This document shows, piece by piece, positions 8,751-17,844 of a stretch of DNA of 54,054 bases. Within the stretch, counting starts at the first letter, position 1. Every line of letters begins with the position of its first letter. The position numbers and the translations under genes are program-made. The notes beneath the pieces were generated by a model, which saw nothing but the letters and a program-made list of their open reading frames with translations, did not search any database and had not been told where the DNA came from. The DNA comes from a virus (Duplodnaviria; Caudoviricetes): positions 1 through 54,054 of IMG/VR virus record IMGVR_UViG_3300047300_000614; one strand, given 5' to 3'.

Positions 8751-10697
8751 ATGAAAACTAAAGCCCACTGGGTGATGGACTACGAAACAATCTGTAATTG
8801 TTTTATGGCAGTCTTTATTCACTACAAAAATGATAAGGTACGTAAGTACTTTGTTGTATCAGAGTTTAGAGATGACTTTGATGCCTTTGTTGAGTTTTTA
8901 AAACAAAACGTTAAACAAAAAGAATATCATATCTCATATAATGGTCTTGGCTTTGATAGTCAGATCACTCAGTACATCCTTGACAATCACCAGAACTGGA
9001 AAGGTCACTCACCTTTAGTTATCGCTCGTATCATTTATAGTTATGCTCAGTCTGTAATCAATAAGCAAATCTCAAAAGAGATGCTTGATTACGCTCCGTA
9101 TAAGCTTGACATCAAACAGATTGACGTGTTCAAACTTAATCACTGGGATAATCCGGCAAAGATGAGCAGTCTTAAGTGGATTCAGTATAGTATGGATTGG
9201 CAAAGTGTACTTGAGATGCCTCATGAACACAATGTACCTATTGATTCTGAAGAGACTCAGAGAATGGTTCTTGAGTATTGCGTTAATGACGTTGAGAGTA
9301 CGCGTAACATCATGCAGTTAAGTAAAGAACAGATCAACTTACGACTTACTTTAAGTCAAGAGTATGGTATTGATTTGCTATCTGCATCTGAGCCACGTAT
9401 ATCAAAAGAGTTGTTTGCTTATTTCTTGACAAAGAAGTTAGGTATAGACAAGCGTGATCTTAAGAAACTAAGAACTCCAAGACAATCTATTATACTAGAA
9501 GACTGTATCTTACCCTATATACATTTTAAGACACCTGAGTTTAATAACTTGCTTAACTTCTTTAAGAGTAAAGTAGTTGTTGAAACAAAAGGTGCTTTAG
9601 ACTATAAGGTAACATATAAAGGTGTTGATAGTTATTATGGTCTTGGTGGTATTCATGGTGCAGCAAAAGCTGGTATCTATGAAGCAAAACCAGGATGGAC
9701 TATTATGTCAAGTGACGTAACATCATTCTATCCTAACCTAGCTATTAGAAATGGGTTTGCTCCTGCACATTTACCAAAGAAAGAGTTCTTAGAATTGTAT
9801 GAGTGGTTCTTTGAAGAAAGAAAGAAGATACCGAAATCAGATCCAAAGAACTATGTATACAAGATTATCTTAAACTCTACCTATGGTTTGTCTAATGACG
9901 AGAATAGTTTCTTGTATGATCCTCAGATGACAATGCAGATTACTGTTAATGGCCAGTTACAGTTGTCAATGTTGTATGAGATGTTAGCTGAAGCTATCCC
10001 GGATTGTCAACCATTAATGCAAAACACAGACGGTCTTGAGATGATGATACCTGAAAAGTATGTTGATATCTACATGATGGTCTGTGAAGAGTGGGAGAAA
10101 AGAACTAATCTTCAGCTTGAGCATGATGAGTACAAGAAGATGATTATTGGCGATGTAAATAACTACATTGCTGTGTACAAGAAAGAAGGCAAAACACCAA
10201 AGTGTAAAGGTCGTTTTGAGTGGGAAGATCTTAGCAAAAAGAAAGCAGCACTACTACATAAGAACAAAAGCTTCTTAGTTATACCAAAAGGTATCTATGA
10301 GTACTTTGTTAATGGAGTTAATCCTGAAATTTTTGTTAAGAATCACACAAACTTCTTTGACTTCTGTGGAGGCAGTAAATCAAAAGGGTCTTGGTTCTTT
10401 GAAAAGTATAGTTATGTTGATGGTCAAGAGAAAGTTGAAAGGCTTCAGAAGATTATCAGATACTATGTTAGTCAAAAAGGATCAAAGATCATAAAGAAAG
10501 AACCTGCATCCGGAAGAGCAATACAAGTGCTTGCTGATAGATGGTTGTTAACTGAGATGAACTATGTTGAGACAGATCAACAAGTTCCTCAAGATGTAAA
10601 CTATCAGTTCTATATTGATGCAATAAACAAAGAGATAGAAAACATCTCGAACATAAAAGCGTCTAATACAGGACAGCTTGAATTATTCAGTTTTTAA
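8751..10697 (+). CDS. polB: Family B DNA polymerase
   Basis: ExoI DYET, ExoII YNGLGFD, ExoIII YCVND, motif A SDVTSFYP, motif B KIILNSTYG, motif C NTDG, and KCKG. No intein is visible. Confidence 0.93.
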   Translation: MKTKAHWVMDYETICNCFMAVFIHYKNDKVRKYFVVSEFRDDFDAFVEFLKQNVKQKEYHISYNGLGFDSQITQYILDNHQNWKGHSPLVIARIIYSYAQSVINKQISKEMLDYAPYKLDIKQIDVFKLNHWDNPAKMSSLKWIQYSMDWQSVLEMPHEHNVPIDSEETQRMVLEYCVNDVESTRNIMQLSKEQINLRLTLSQEYGIDLLSASEPRISKELFAYFLTKKLGIDKRDLKKLRTPRQSIILEDCILPYIHFKTPEFNNLLNFFKSKVVVETKGALDYKVTYKGVDSYYGLGGIHGAAKAGIYEAKPGWTIMSSDVTSFYPNLAIRNGFAPAHLPKKEFLELYEWFFEERKKIPKSDPKNYVYKIILNSTYGLSNDENSFLYDPQMTMQITVNGQLQLSMLYEMLAEAIPDCQPLMQNTDGLEMMIPEKYVDIYMMVCEEWEKRTNLQLEHDEYKKMIIGDVNNYIAVYKKEGKTPKCKGRFEWEDLSKKKAALLHKNKSFLVIPKGIYEYFVNGVNPEIFVKNHTNFFDFCGGSKSKGSWFFEKYSYVDGQEKVERLQKIIRYYVSQKGSKIIKKEPASGRAIQVLADRWLLTEMNYVETDQQVPQDVNYQFYIDAINKEIENISNIKASNTGQLELFSF

Positions 10698-10706
10698 TAA
10701 CAGATT

Positions 10707-11126
10707 ATGGCAAAAGTAAGTTTTGACTTTGATCATACGTTGTCTAATCCACATGTCCAGGAGTTTGCAAAAGAGCTTCTGGACAATGGACATGACGTAT
10801 GGGTAGTAACAACCCGGTACGATGTAAATCATTTACATAAGTATGCAATGGATTATCCACCAACAATGGATGATCTCTGGGAAGTAGTTGACACACTAGG
10901 TATACCAAGATGGAAGGTTAGGTTTACTAACATGGAATGGAAGTATACGTATCTATGTGATACTGAGTTTGCTTTTCACTTAGACGATAACGAGCATGAA
11001 ATAAGACGTGCTATGTATAACAAGTGTAAAGTACCTATGATACAAGTTCATAGTAGTGCATTTAAAAATAAGTGTTTACGTTTAATCAATAAATATGAAA
11101 GTAAAGTTAAAAAAGCTGCATGCTGA
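10707..11126 (+). CDS. Cap-less HAD-superfamily hydrolase (putative phosphatase)
   Basis: Motif I SFDFDHTL, motif II VVTTR, a conserved K, and motif IV HLDDN. Confidence 0.75.
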   Translation: MAKVSFDFDHTLSNPHVQEFAKELLDNGHDVWVVTTRYDVNHLHKYAMDYPPTMDDLWEVVDTLGIPRWKVRFTNMEWKYTYLCDTEFAFHLDDNEHEIRRAMYNKCKVPMIQVHSSAFKNKCLRLINKYESKVKKAAC

Positions 11127-11526
11127 TGCTGTAGCACCGAAGTTTGGAAAGCCAGGTGATGCTGGTGCAGATCTTGTAGCTACGTCTATTCAATGGAGAA
11201 CTCCATCACAAATAGTATATGGTACAGGAATTGCTGTTGAGATACCAGAAGGGATGGTGGGACTTGTGTTTCCACGTTCTTCTATACGCAACTATGACTT
11301 AGAAATGAGTAACTCTGTTGGAGTAATTGATTCAGGTTATAGAGGAGAAGTTATGGTAACGTTTAATGTTAATCATCTTGATCCTAGTTTTGCTTCAAAG
11401 TATGAAGTAGGTGAACGTATTGCTCAGTTAATTATTATGCCTGTACCATTAATTGAGTACATGATAGTAGATGAGTTATCTGAAACTGAACGTGGAGCCG
11501 GCGGTCATGGTTCAACAGGACAATAA
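11095..11526 (+). CDS. dut: Trimeric dUTPase
   Basis: AGADL, FPRSS, GVIDSGYRGE, RIAQL and RGAGGHGSTG (motifs 1-5). Confidence 0.96.
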   Translation: MKVKLKKLHADAVAPKFGKPGDAGADLVATSIQWRTPSQIVYGTGIAVEIPEGMVGLVFPRSSIRNYDLEMSNSVGVIDSGYRGEVMVTFNVNHLDPSFASKYEVGERIAQLIIMPVPLIEYMIVDELSETERGAGGHGSTGQ

Positions 11527-11537
11527 TAAATACAGAT

Positions 11538-11987
11538 ATGTCAGAAAGTAAATTAAAAACTTGCTTATATTTAGACGATGTACGTACTCCAATAGAGAAT
11601 AAACCAGGATATGAGCCTTGGGTAATTGTACGTAACTATGATCAGTTTGTTGATCATGTTAAAGAAAATGGTATACCAGACTTTATATCTTTCGATCATG
11701 ATTTGGGTAAAGAGCATATGAATGATTACTATGCTCAAGTATTACAACAAGGATACCAAGACCCTAAGTACGATGAATATAAAGAGAAGACTGGTTTACA
11801 TTGTGCTATGTGGTTAGTTGACTATTGTATTGATAACAATGTTGTACCAAAGACTTGTGCAGTGCATAGTCACAACCCTGTTGGCTCAGTTAATATTCAG
11901 AGTTGCATTAATAGTTACAAGAAACACTTAGGACTTACACAAGATTGTTATCTTGGACGAGTTCCTTTTAAAGTAACAGAAGAATGA
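11538..11987 (+). CDS. Cyclic-phosphate-processing receiver-like domain protein
   Basis: LYLDDVR, ISFDHDLG, KTG and VHSHNPVG signature of the divergent receiver family associated with RNA-repair loci. Confidence 0.75.
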   Translation: MSESKLKTCLYLDDVRTPIENKPGYEPWVIVRNYDQFVDHVKENGIPDFISFDHDLGKEHMNDYYAQVLQQGYQDPKYDEYKEKTGLHCAMWLVDYCIDNNVVPKTCAVHSHNPVGSVNIQSCINSYKKHLGLTQDCYLGRVPFKVTEE

Positions 11988-12658
11988 AAAGAAACTTAAT
12001 AGGTATATCTGGCAAGATTGGCTCCGGGAAAGACACTGTTGGCTCAATCATACAGTACTTAACATCAGAGGCTTATACTGTTAGAGATCGTTCGTATCAA
12101 AGCTTTCTACGAGGTCATCAGAATCCAGATACTTTTGGTCATTACTATTACTCACCATGGAAGATTAAGAAGTTTGCTTATAAACTCAAAGAGATTGCTA
12201 GTATACTAACTGGTATAAACATTATGAACTTTGAGGATCAAGAGTTTAAGAAGACTGATTTGCCTCATGAGTGGGATACTTGGTATCCAAACTTAGATAG
12301 ACCTGAGCCAATGACTGTAAGAACTCTGTTACAAAGAATTGGTACAGACTGTATGAGAGATTGTCTACATAAGAATGTATGGGTTAATGCTTTATTTGCA
12401 AAGTTTAGACCTAACGTTGCTGGTGAAGACTTCCCATCTCATTGGCTTGTAACAGATTGTCGCTTTCCAAATGAAGCAGTAGCAATAAAAGAACGTAATG
12501 GTATTCTTATAAGAGTCACTCGTCCTGGAGAAGATCCTGGAACACATGAGAGTGAGACTGCTTTAGATAACTGGGACTTTGATATTGTTATTGAGAATGA
12601 TGGATCTATTGAAGATCTTATAGAAAAAGTAAAGACACAGCTTGCAGATATAATATAA
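11984..12658 (+). CDS. Deoxynucleoside monophosphate kinase (T4 gp1-like)
   Basis: P-loop GKIGSGKDT, KFAYKLK, RTLLQRIGT, TDCRFPNE and HESE. Confidence 0.88.
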   Translation: MKRNLIGISGKIGSGKDTVGSIIQYLTSEAYTVRDRSYQSFLRGHQNPDTFGHYYYSPWKIKKFAYKLKEIASILTGINIMNFEDQEFKKTDLPHEWDTWYPNLDRPEPMTVRTLLQRIGTDCMRDCLHKNVWVNALFAKFRPNVAGEDFPSHWLVTDCRFPNEAVAIKERNGILIRVTRPGEDPGTHESETALDNWDFDIVIENDGSIEDLIEKVKTQLADII

Positions 12659-12671
12659 ACTATTATATTTG
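12642..12671 (+). promoter_or_regulatory. Bacteroidota sigma70-type promoter
   Basis: TTG at 12642-12644, 19-nt spacer, TATATTTG at 12664-12671: an exact fit to TTG-N19-TAnnTTTG. Confidence 0.65.
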
Positions 12672-12676
12672 TATAT

Positions 12677-12745
12677 CATTTTGTGTGTTACTGTGTAGTT
12701 CGGTTGCTGCCTACCTTCCAAACGGAGAAAGGCAGCATTTTTTTT
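12677..12745 (+). ncRNA. Candidate small RNA or attenuated leader (~70 nt)
   Basis: Lies between a consensus promoter and a terminator hairpin, with no ORF on this strand. The start position is estimated. Confidence 0.35.
12705..12745 (+). terminator. Intrinsic terminator
   Basis: TGCTGCCT...AGGCAGCA 8-bp stem with an inner TTCC-aaac-GGAG hairpin, followed by 8 T. Confidence 0.75.
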
Positions 12746-12764
12746 CACCTTTAAGCATAACACC

Positions 12765-12968
12765 ATGTTCGAAATAACAATAGACTTCTTTCCCCAGTAT
12801 CGTGCTTTGATTGGATTAGACCTTCATCGATATAAAGGTTTAGTTCACGACTCTAATACAGATCAAGCTCATCCAAGAGTTATTACTGACGTACGATTAG
12901 GTATAGGAATACTAACTCTTGAACTAATGCATTACGGAAAACCGTTAGACGAAAAATGGGGAGATTAA
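12765..12968 (+). CDS. Small hypothetical protein
   Basis: 67-aa ORF, the last gene of the + block. Its stop lies in the terminator loop. Confidence 0.55.
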   Translation: MFEITIDFFPQYRALIGLDLHRYKGLVHDSNTDQAHPRVITDVRLGIGILTLELMHYGKPLDEKWGD

Positions 12969-12980
12969 TCCCCATTTTTT
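12952..12980. terminator. Bidirectional terminator at the convergence of the two gene blocks
   Basis: AAAAATGGGGA-gattaa-TCCCCATTTTT perfect inverted repeat with A and T tracts at its ends. Confidence 0.85.
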
Positions 12981-15900
12981 ATTGTATCCTGATATCCCAC
13001 TCTTTTCTGAAGTCATCATCAGCAATCGCTGTCATCATCATAAGCTCTTTTGTTACCGGCATAATCTTACCAAAGTATTTCAAAGGCTTAGCACTCTTCA
13101 TGTGTTCATCACTTCCTGTACCAAAACCATATATCTGCTCTGTAGTATGAGTAAATAAGTTGATTACATCAATACCTAGATTAACAATAGGGAATGGAGC
13201 ATTGATTAAGTTTGTAAACTCAAGTGGGTTGTAGTAGAATGCAAACTCGTTATAGTATTTAGACATTGCTCTTGACATGTACTTACGAATACCAGTATAC
13301 TTTTCATCATCGTCATCTCCTGGTTTTAGTGCATGTACTAAGCCGTATGCTGCAAGAAGAATCATAATCTCTCTAATAGCACTTCTAACGTTACCAATAT
13401 ACATGTCAACATATTCACCTTCAGTAATATCAAACTCTTGACCTAACTCATAAGCTTTTGCTTTTTCTTCTTGGTATCTGATTCGTGCTGCATCAACCAT
13501 ACTTTGATTACCAGCAAAAGGCATGAACCCTTTTACTAGTTGACCAATACGTTTTGAGAAAAGCTCAGTAACTAATAAAGATACTTTACCTTGTTGGTAT
13601 AGATCTAAATCATCGTCTTTGTATAGTTCACCAAAACGTTCTTTAAACATCTGAGGAATCCATGAACGGAACTGCATTAAAGCCATACCTAATGAAGTAG
13701 TTCTAATAAGGTTAATATCATCATTAGTACTGTTACCAAGTATAATCTTTGTTGCTTTCTTTACTGCAGCTTTAAATTCTTCTGCTGCTTTTGTTCCTGG
13801 TTCTAATCCCGGAGTTAATAGCTCGTCTCCTTTAACTTCAGAGATAGCATAGATACTTCTAGTTTCTTTTAGCTTACCAACTTTTTCATCTATCTCCCTT
13901 TCAACAGCTTTACGTTCTGCTTCAGTTGGATAAGTAGTATAGAAGTTAGCATAGTCATATTGACTCTTAACATGCTGCATAATGTTTACTAACTTACCTG
14001 TATCATCAAGCATGTAGTTCATCATCATCACAAGACCGATAGGATGCTGAACACCTTTATCAGCTATTCTTTGCATGAAATACATCTTATCGACAGTAAT
14101 GTTAGCCATTACCTTTGAAACAGATAACTTATCTAGTTTATTACGCTTTGTATCTTCAAGTAACAACTCAAAGTGACTTAGTAAGGCCCATGCCTTTTTA
14201 TCATTCTTTGATAATGTATACATTGAAGATGTCCAATCTTTTGTATTAAATAATACTTTCTTTGAACCAAGTAAGAATGCGTTACCAGAACCACCAACAA
14301 ACTGTGCTGATGCTGATAATGGGTTTAATGCTAAAGTCTTTAAACTAAAGAAGCCAAGTAAAAACTCAAGAGTCTTTGCTAATGATATTGTTTTACCAAA
14401 GATTGTAAACTTAACATCGTACTGTTCTCCTGAACGTTTGTTATACAAATAGTAGTTTAAGAAGTCATCAAGCAAGTCAGCATTACGCTCATTGCCCTTT
14501 ATTTTTTCAATCTCACCATTTGCTTTACGTTTAACTTCATTAAACATGTTTGTTAGTAAACTATCTTTTGAACGCTCAACTGCAGATAATACTAAGGCAT
14601 CATCTTCAATAGATTGCATCGCTTCATAAGAATACATATGAGCTCCCCAAATACCAAATACTTTAAATAAGTCAACTGATTTCTTTGAGTAATCACTTGT
14701 ACCATCTTCTAATACAGTAGCTATATCTCTTGTATAAAATACTGGTATACGATTAAGTACCTCTCCTGATACCGGATCTGTATCTGGGAAATATTCTGAT
14801 CCACTATCAACTGCTAGATTCTCAAAGAATCCTGCATTTGAGAACATATCTTTAAAGTTACCAAAGCTAAGTTGATCTAACTTACCCTTATAGATATTAG
14901 GAATAAAGTTAGGGCTAAACTTATCAAGCATACCAACTTCTTCAGCTTTTGATACCAAGCTTCTAAAATATTTGTATGCTTCATATGCTGGTTCGTTACC
15001 TGCTTTTGTTAGTTCTTTCCAACCAGCAGTCTCCCACTTATCTTTTGGTTTAACAAACTTGTTATCTTCATTAAAGTATCCGTCTAACTTTGAGCTATTG
15101 TTATTAACCCATCGTTCAAACATTGCTTTTGTTTTCTCATGATTAGCGTTTGCATCAGAATCAACAACTAGATCTTCATAGTATGCTTTCTTACGAGCTT
15201 TCTCAGCTTCATAAGCTTGTTGATCAAAAGTTGTATTTTCTTCAAACCACTTCTTGTTTCTGTTTCTAATAGCTTGTTCTTTCTCACTATAATACTTTGC
15301 TTCATAACGAGCTAAGAACTTACCGTTCCACTTACCTTTCTCATTAAAGCCTAACATAATGTTAAAAAGATTCTCACCTTTCAAACCTTTGCTATCTCCC
15401 CACTTTATTAAGTTCTCTCTTAGAGTAATCATCTTAGCATTCATAAGATCAAACTTAACATCTCTCTTGCTCTGGGCTTCTCTAATAAGTTTGTAGAATG
15501 TTTTAACAGCTTTTGTTGGTTGAGTACTCATTGAGTTAAACATACCAGCAAAGAAACCGACTTTCTTCTCTTCAGCTAAAAGATTAGTAATACCATTACG
15601 TTCAGCAAGATCAGTTGCAATCTTTGCCATCTCAGCTTCAATATCTTTAAGCGTACTGTTTGCTGCAACGGTCATGTTATTATATGACTGCTCAAGTTCT
15701 AATATAAGTTGTAATCCTTCTTCATCTCCTTCATCTTCTCTATCTAATAACATCTCAGTAAAGGTACTTTTTAGTATACCTGATGTTGACGCAAATACTT
15801 CAAGAACATCTTTTGCTTTTCTGATATCTGCAGATGTTAGACGACCTTCTCTTACAAGATAGTTATATCGATCAATCTCAAGGAAACCAAGATCAATAAA

Positions 15901-17829
15901 ACGACCAAGTGACTGACGTAGTTGTAAATCACGAATAGCAAGCTTGTATGCTTTTAACTCTTCGTTCTTTATATACATCTCAGATCCTTTAACACGCTTA
16001 CGATCTAAACGGTCATGAATACCTTGTAGTTTTGCAATTAACTCATCGATATTTTTGAATCCAGTTTGCTCATCTAATGATACTGGTAATAAGTAAGACT
16101 TATCATCTGGGATAAGAGTAGAGTTGTAATCACCAATCTCAACATCTTTTAAATCGCTGATTTGATACTCACCTTCTTTGTTCTTACTCCAGTAAAACTC
16201 AGTCTTAATAGGAATAGCTCTTACCTTATCAAACTTTCTAATGCCATATACTTCTTTTAGAATACGTTTGTATTCACCTAGCTGTATGCGATATGCTTCT
16301 GCCTTCCATGGTTTAAGATCGTTTTGATTCTTTGATATCTCCTGGCTTTTCCAGTCATAGATATCTGCGGTTCCATCAGGACGAATAGCTAAGAAGTCAA
16401 TACTACCAGCCATGTCCTGCTTTGGATCATAGATACGAACTTCAGTTAATATCTTTGTACCATTTGGATAGCTACCTAACAAAGGTTTAACAAAAGCTTC
16501 TAGTTTTTTAACAACATCCTTATACTCTTCTATATCAACAATAGGATGATTAACAGGAGTACGTTGTTCCCGGATCTCATGTGATTCTGGATCAACATAA
16601 CTCTTTATGATCTCGTCTAATACTTCGTGAATAATATCACCATACTCAGCTTTTAATAAGTCAATCTCTTTCTGAGCTTCAGATCTATTATCAAACTTAA
16701 ATAGCTTCTTGTAATAAGCATCTACTTTTGTTGTAGTTACAGTTTTTGCAATAGGTTTCATCTTAATGCGGTACTCATGTCGTTTCTGACCAGTAGCTTC
16801 ATTAATACTTGAATCTAGTGTAATCTCGCTTTGATGTTGTAATAAAAGATCGTATCCTTCACCTTGTTGATAGTATACACCTTCCAGTTGTTTATCTAAA
16901 TCTAACTCACTAGTATCACCTTCTTTGATTGAAGCAGCAATAGTAGCAAATGGATTTCTACCTTCTGCTTTATTAAATACTGACTTTATAAATGCAAGTA
17001 CTTTATCCCACCACTTATATAGTATGCCTAAGTTCTTGTCTTGCTCTTCAGTAATACTTGGAGCTAATACAGAATTAGATACAATATGTTTAGCAATAAG
17101 CTTACCGATTGCTTCTTTCTTTAGTTTGTCAAAGTTGATCTTACCATCAGCAGTTCTGTAGTCAGGATTGTTCTTGTATTGCTCAACAACCTCAGAGTAT
17201 AATCTATAAGAAGTAATCTGCTTGAACATCTCTTTATATAAAGGATGATTCTCACCTAACATCTCAACAAAAAAGTGAGCTGCTTCTTCTGGTAATGTAG
17301 TTATATCAGCACGACCTTCAACGACTTCAATAATCTTATTAAGCATATCTGCTTTTGCAATTGCAGATATTGTTGCCCCGGAAGAGTCGGTAATACGATT
17401 AACTGTATTGTATGATACACCAATCTTTGATAAGAACTTTAATACTTGTTCATTGATATACTTATCAGGAGGCAAAGGTGATTCTGTTTCTGTTTGATAG
17501 TAATCATCTTCAGGTGTAGTCTCTCTTGGTTCTACATCAAAGTCTTCATCATATCCTGCTGGCTCATTAAACCAAAAATCAATAACATCATCTACTAATG
17601 GTTCACCATTCTCATCAAGAGCTTTTGATGATTGACCAACTTCCCAGTCACCAAACGATTGTTTAAACGTATCAGTGTATGCTGAAGCCCATATATTAAG
17701 GTTATATTCTTCTCCTTGCATGTCAGTATCTCTACTAACAATATCTTTATAAAGTATTGACTCCTTACCATTTGGAGCCAATACTTTTGATACATCACCT
17801 GAATCGTTTCTGATTATACTACAAGTCAT
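12979..17829 (-). CDS. Large putative ejected (polyvalent) protein with zincin-like and PD-(D/E)XK nuclease domains
   Basis: N-terminal APNGKESIL...FGDW module, zincin-like TLPEEAAH (17275-17289), nuclease motif E...AGSIDFL...IYDWKS...Q...Y (~16270-16440), and a helical C-terminus with a hydrophobic segment. Directly follows the vRNAP gene. Confidence 0.75.
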   Translation of the reverse strand: MTCSIIRNDSGDVSKVLAPNGKESILYKDIVSRDTDMQGEEYNLNIWASAYTDTFKQSFGDWEVGQSSKALDENGEPLVDDVIDFWFNEPAGYDEDFDVEPRETTPEDDYYQTETESPLPPDKYINEQVLKFLSKIGVSYNTVNRITDSSGATISAIAKADMLNKIIEVVEGRADITTLPEEAAHFFVEMLGENHPLYKEMFKQITSYRLYSEVVEQYKNNPDYRTADGKINFDKLKKEAIGKLIAKHIVSNSVLAPSITEEQDKNLGILYKWWDKVLAFIKSVFNKAEGRNPFATIAASIKEGDTSELDLDKQLEGVYYQQGEGYDLLLQHQSEITLDSSINEATGQKRHEYRIKMKPIAKTVTTTKVDAYYKKLFKFDNRSEAQKEIDLLKAEYGDIIHEVLDEIIKSYVDPESHEIREQRTPVNHPIVDIEEYKDVVKKLEAFVKPLLGSYPNGTKILTEVRIYDPKQDMAGSIDFLAIRPDGTADIYDWKSQEISKNQNDLKPWKAEAYRIQLGEYKRILKEVYGIRKFDKVRAIPIKTEFYWSKNKEGEYQISDLKDVEIGDYNSTLIPDDKSYLLPVSLDEQTGFKNIDELIAKLQGIHDRLDRKRVKGSEMYIKNEELKAYKLAIRDLQLRQSLGRFIDLGFLEIDRYNYLVREGRLTSADIRKAKDVLEVFASTSGILKSTFTEMLLDREDEGDEEGLQLILELEQSYNNMTVAANSTLKDIEAEMAKIATDLAERNGITNLLAEEKKVGFFAGMFNSMSTQPTKAVKTFYKLIREAQSKRDVKFDLMNAKMITLRENLIKWGDSKGLKGENLFNIMLGFNEKGKWNGKFLARYEAKYYSEKEQAIRNRNKKWFEENTTFDQQAYEAEKARKKAYYEDLVVDSDANANHEKTKAMFERWVNNNSSKLDGYFNEDNKFVKPKDKWETAGWKELTKAGNEPAYEAYKYFRSLVSKAEEVGMLDKFSPNFIPNIYKGKLDQLSFGNFKDMFSNAGFFENLAVDSGSEYFPDTDPVSGEVLNRIPVFYTRDIATVLEDGTSDYSKKSVDLFKVFGIWGAHMYSYEAMQSIEDDALVLSAVERSKDSLLTNMFNEVKRKANGEIEKIKGNERNADLLDDFLNYYLYNKRSGEQYDVKFTIFGKTISLAKTLEFLLGFFSLKTLALNPLSASAQFVGGSGNAFLLGSKKVLFNTKDWTSSMYTLSKNDKKAWALLSHFELLLEDTKRNKLDKLSVSKVMANITVDKMYFMQRIADKGVQHPIGLVMMMNYMLDDTGKLVNIMQHVKSQYDYANFYTTYPTEAERKAVEREIDEKVGKLKETRSIYAISEVKGDELLTPGLEPGTKAAEEFKAAVKKATKIILGNSTNDDINLIRTTSLGMALMQFRSWIPQMFKERFGELYKDDDLDLYQQGKVSLLVTELFSKRIGQLVKGFMPFAGNQSMVDAARIRYQEEKAKAYELGQEFDITEGEYVDMYIGNVRSAIREIMILLAAYGLVHALKPGDDDDEKYTGIRKYMSRAMSKYYNEFAFYYNPLEFTNLINAPFPIVNLGIDVINLFTHTTEQIYGFGTGSDEHMKSAKPLKYFGKIMPVTKELMMMTAIADDDFRKEWDIRIQ

Positions 17830-17844
17830 AGTTACTTCTTTTGA

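Noticed and set aside
11538-11987. Two-component response regulator
   Set aside because: The DHDLG and HSxN motifs and the absence of an output domain or kinase fit the divergent enzymatic receiver family instead.
12659-12764. tRNA genes in the intergenic gaps (also 52731-52894)
   Set aside because: No cloverleaf could be folded. The GTTCG at ~12698 lacks a T-arm stem and an acceptor stem.
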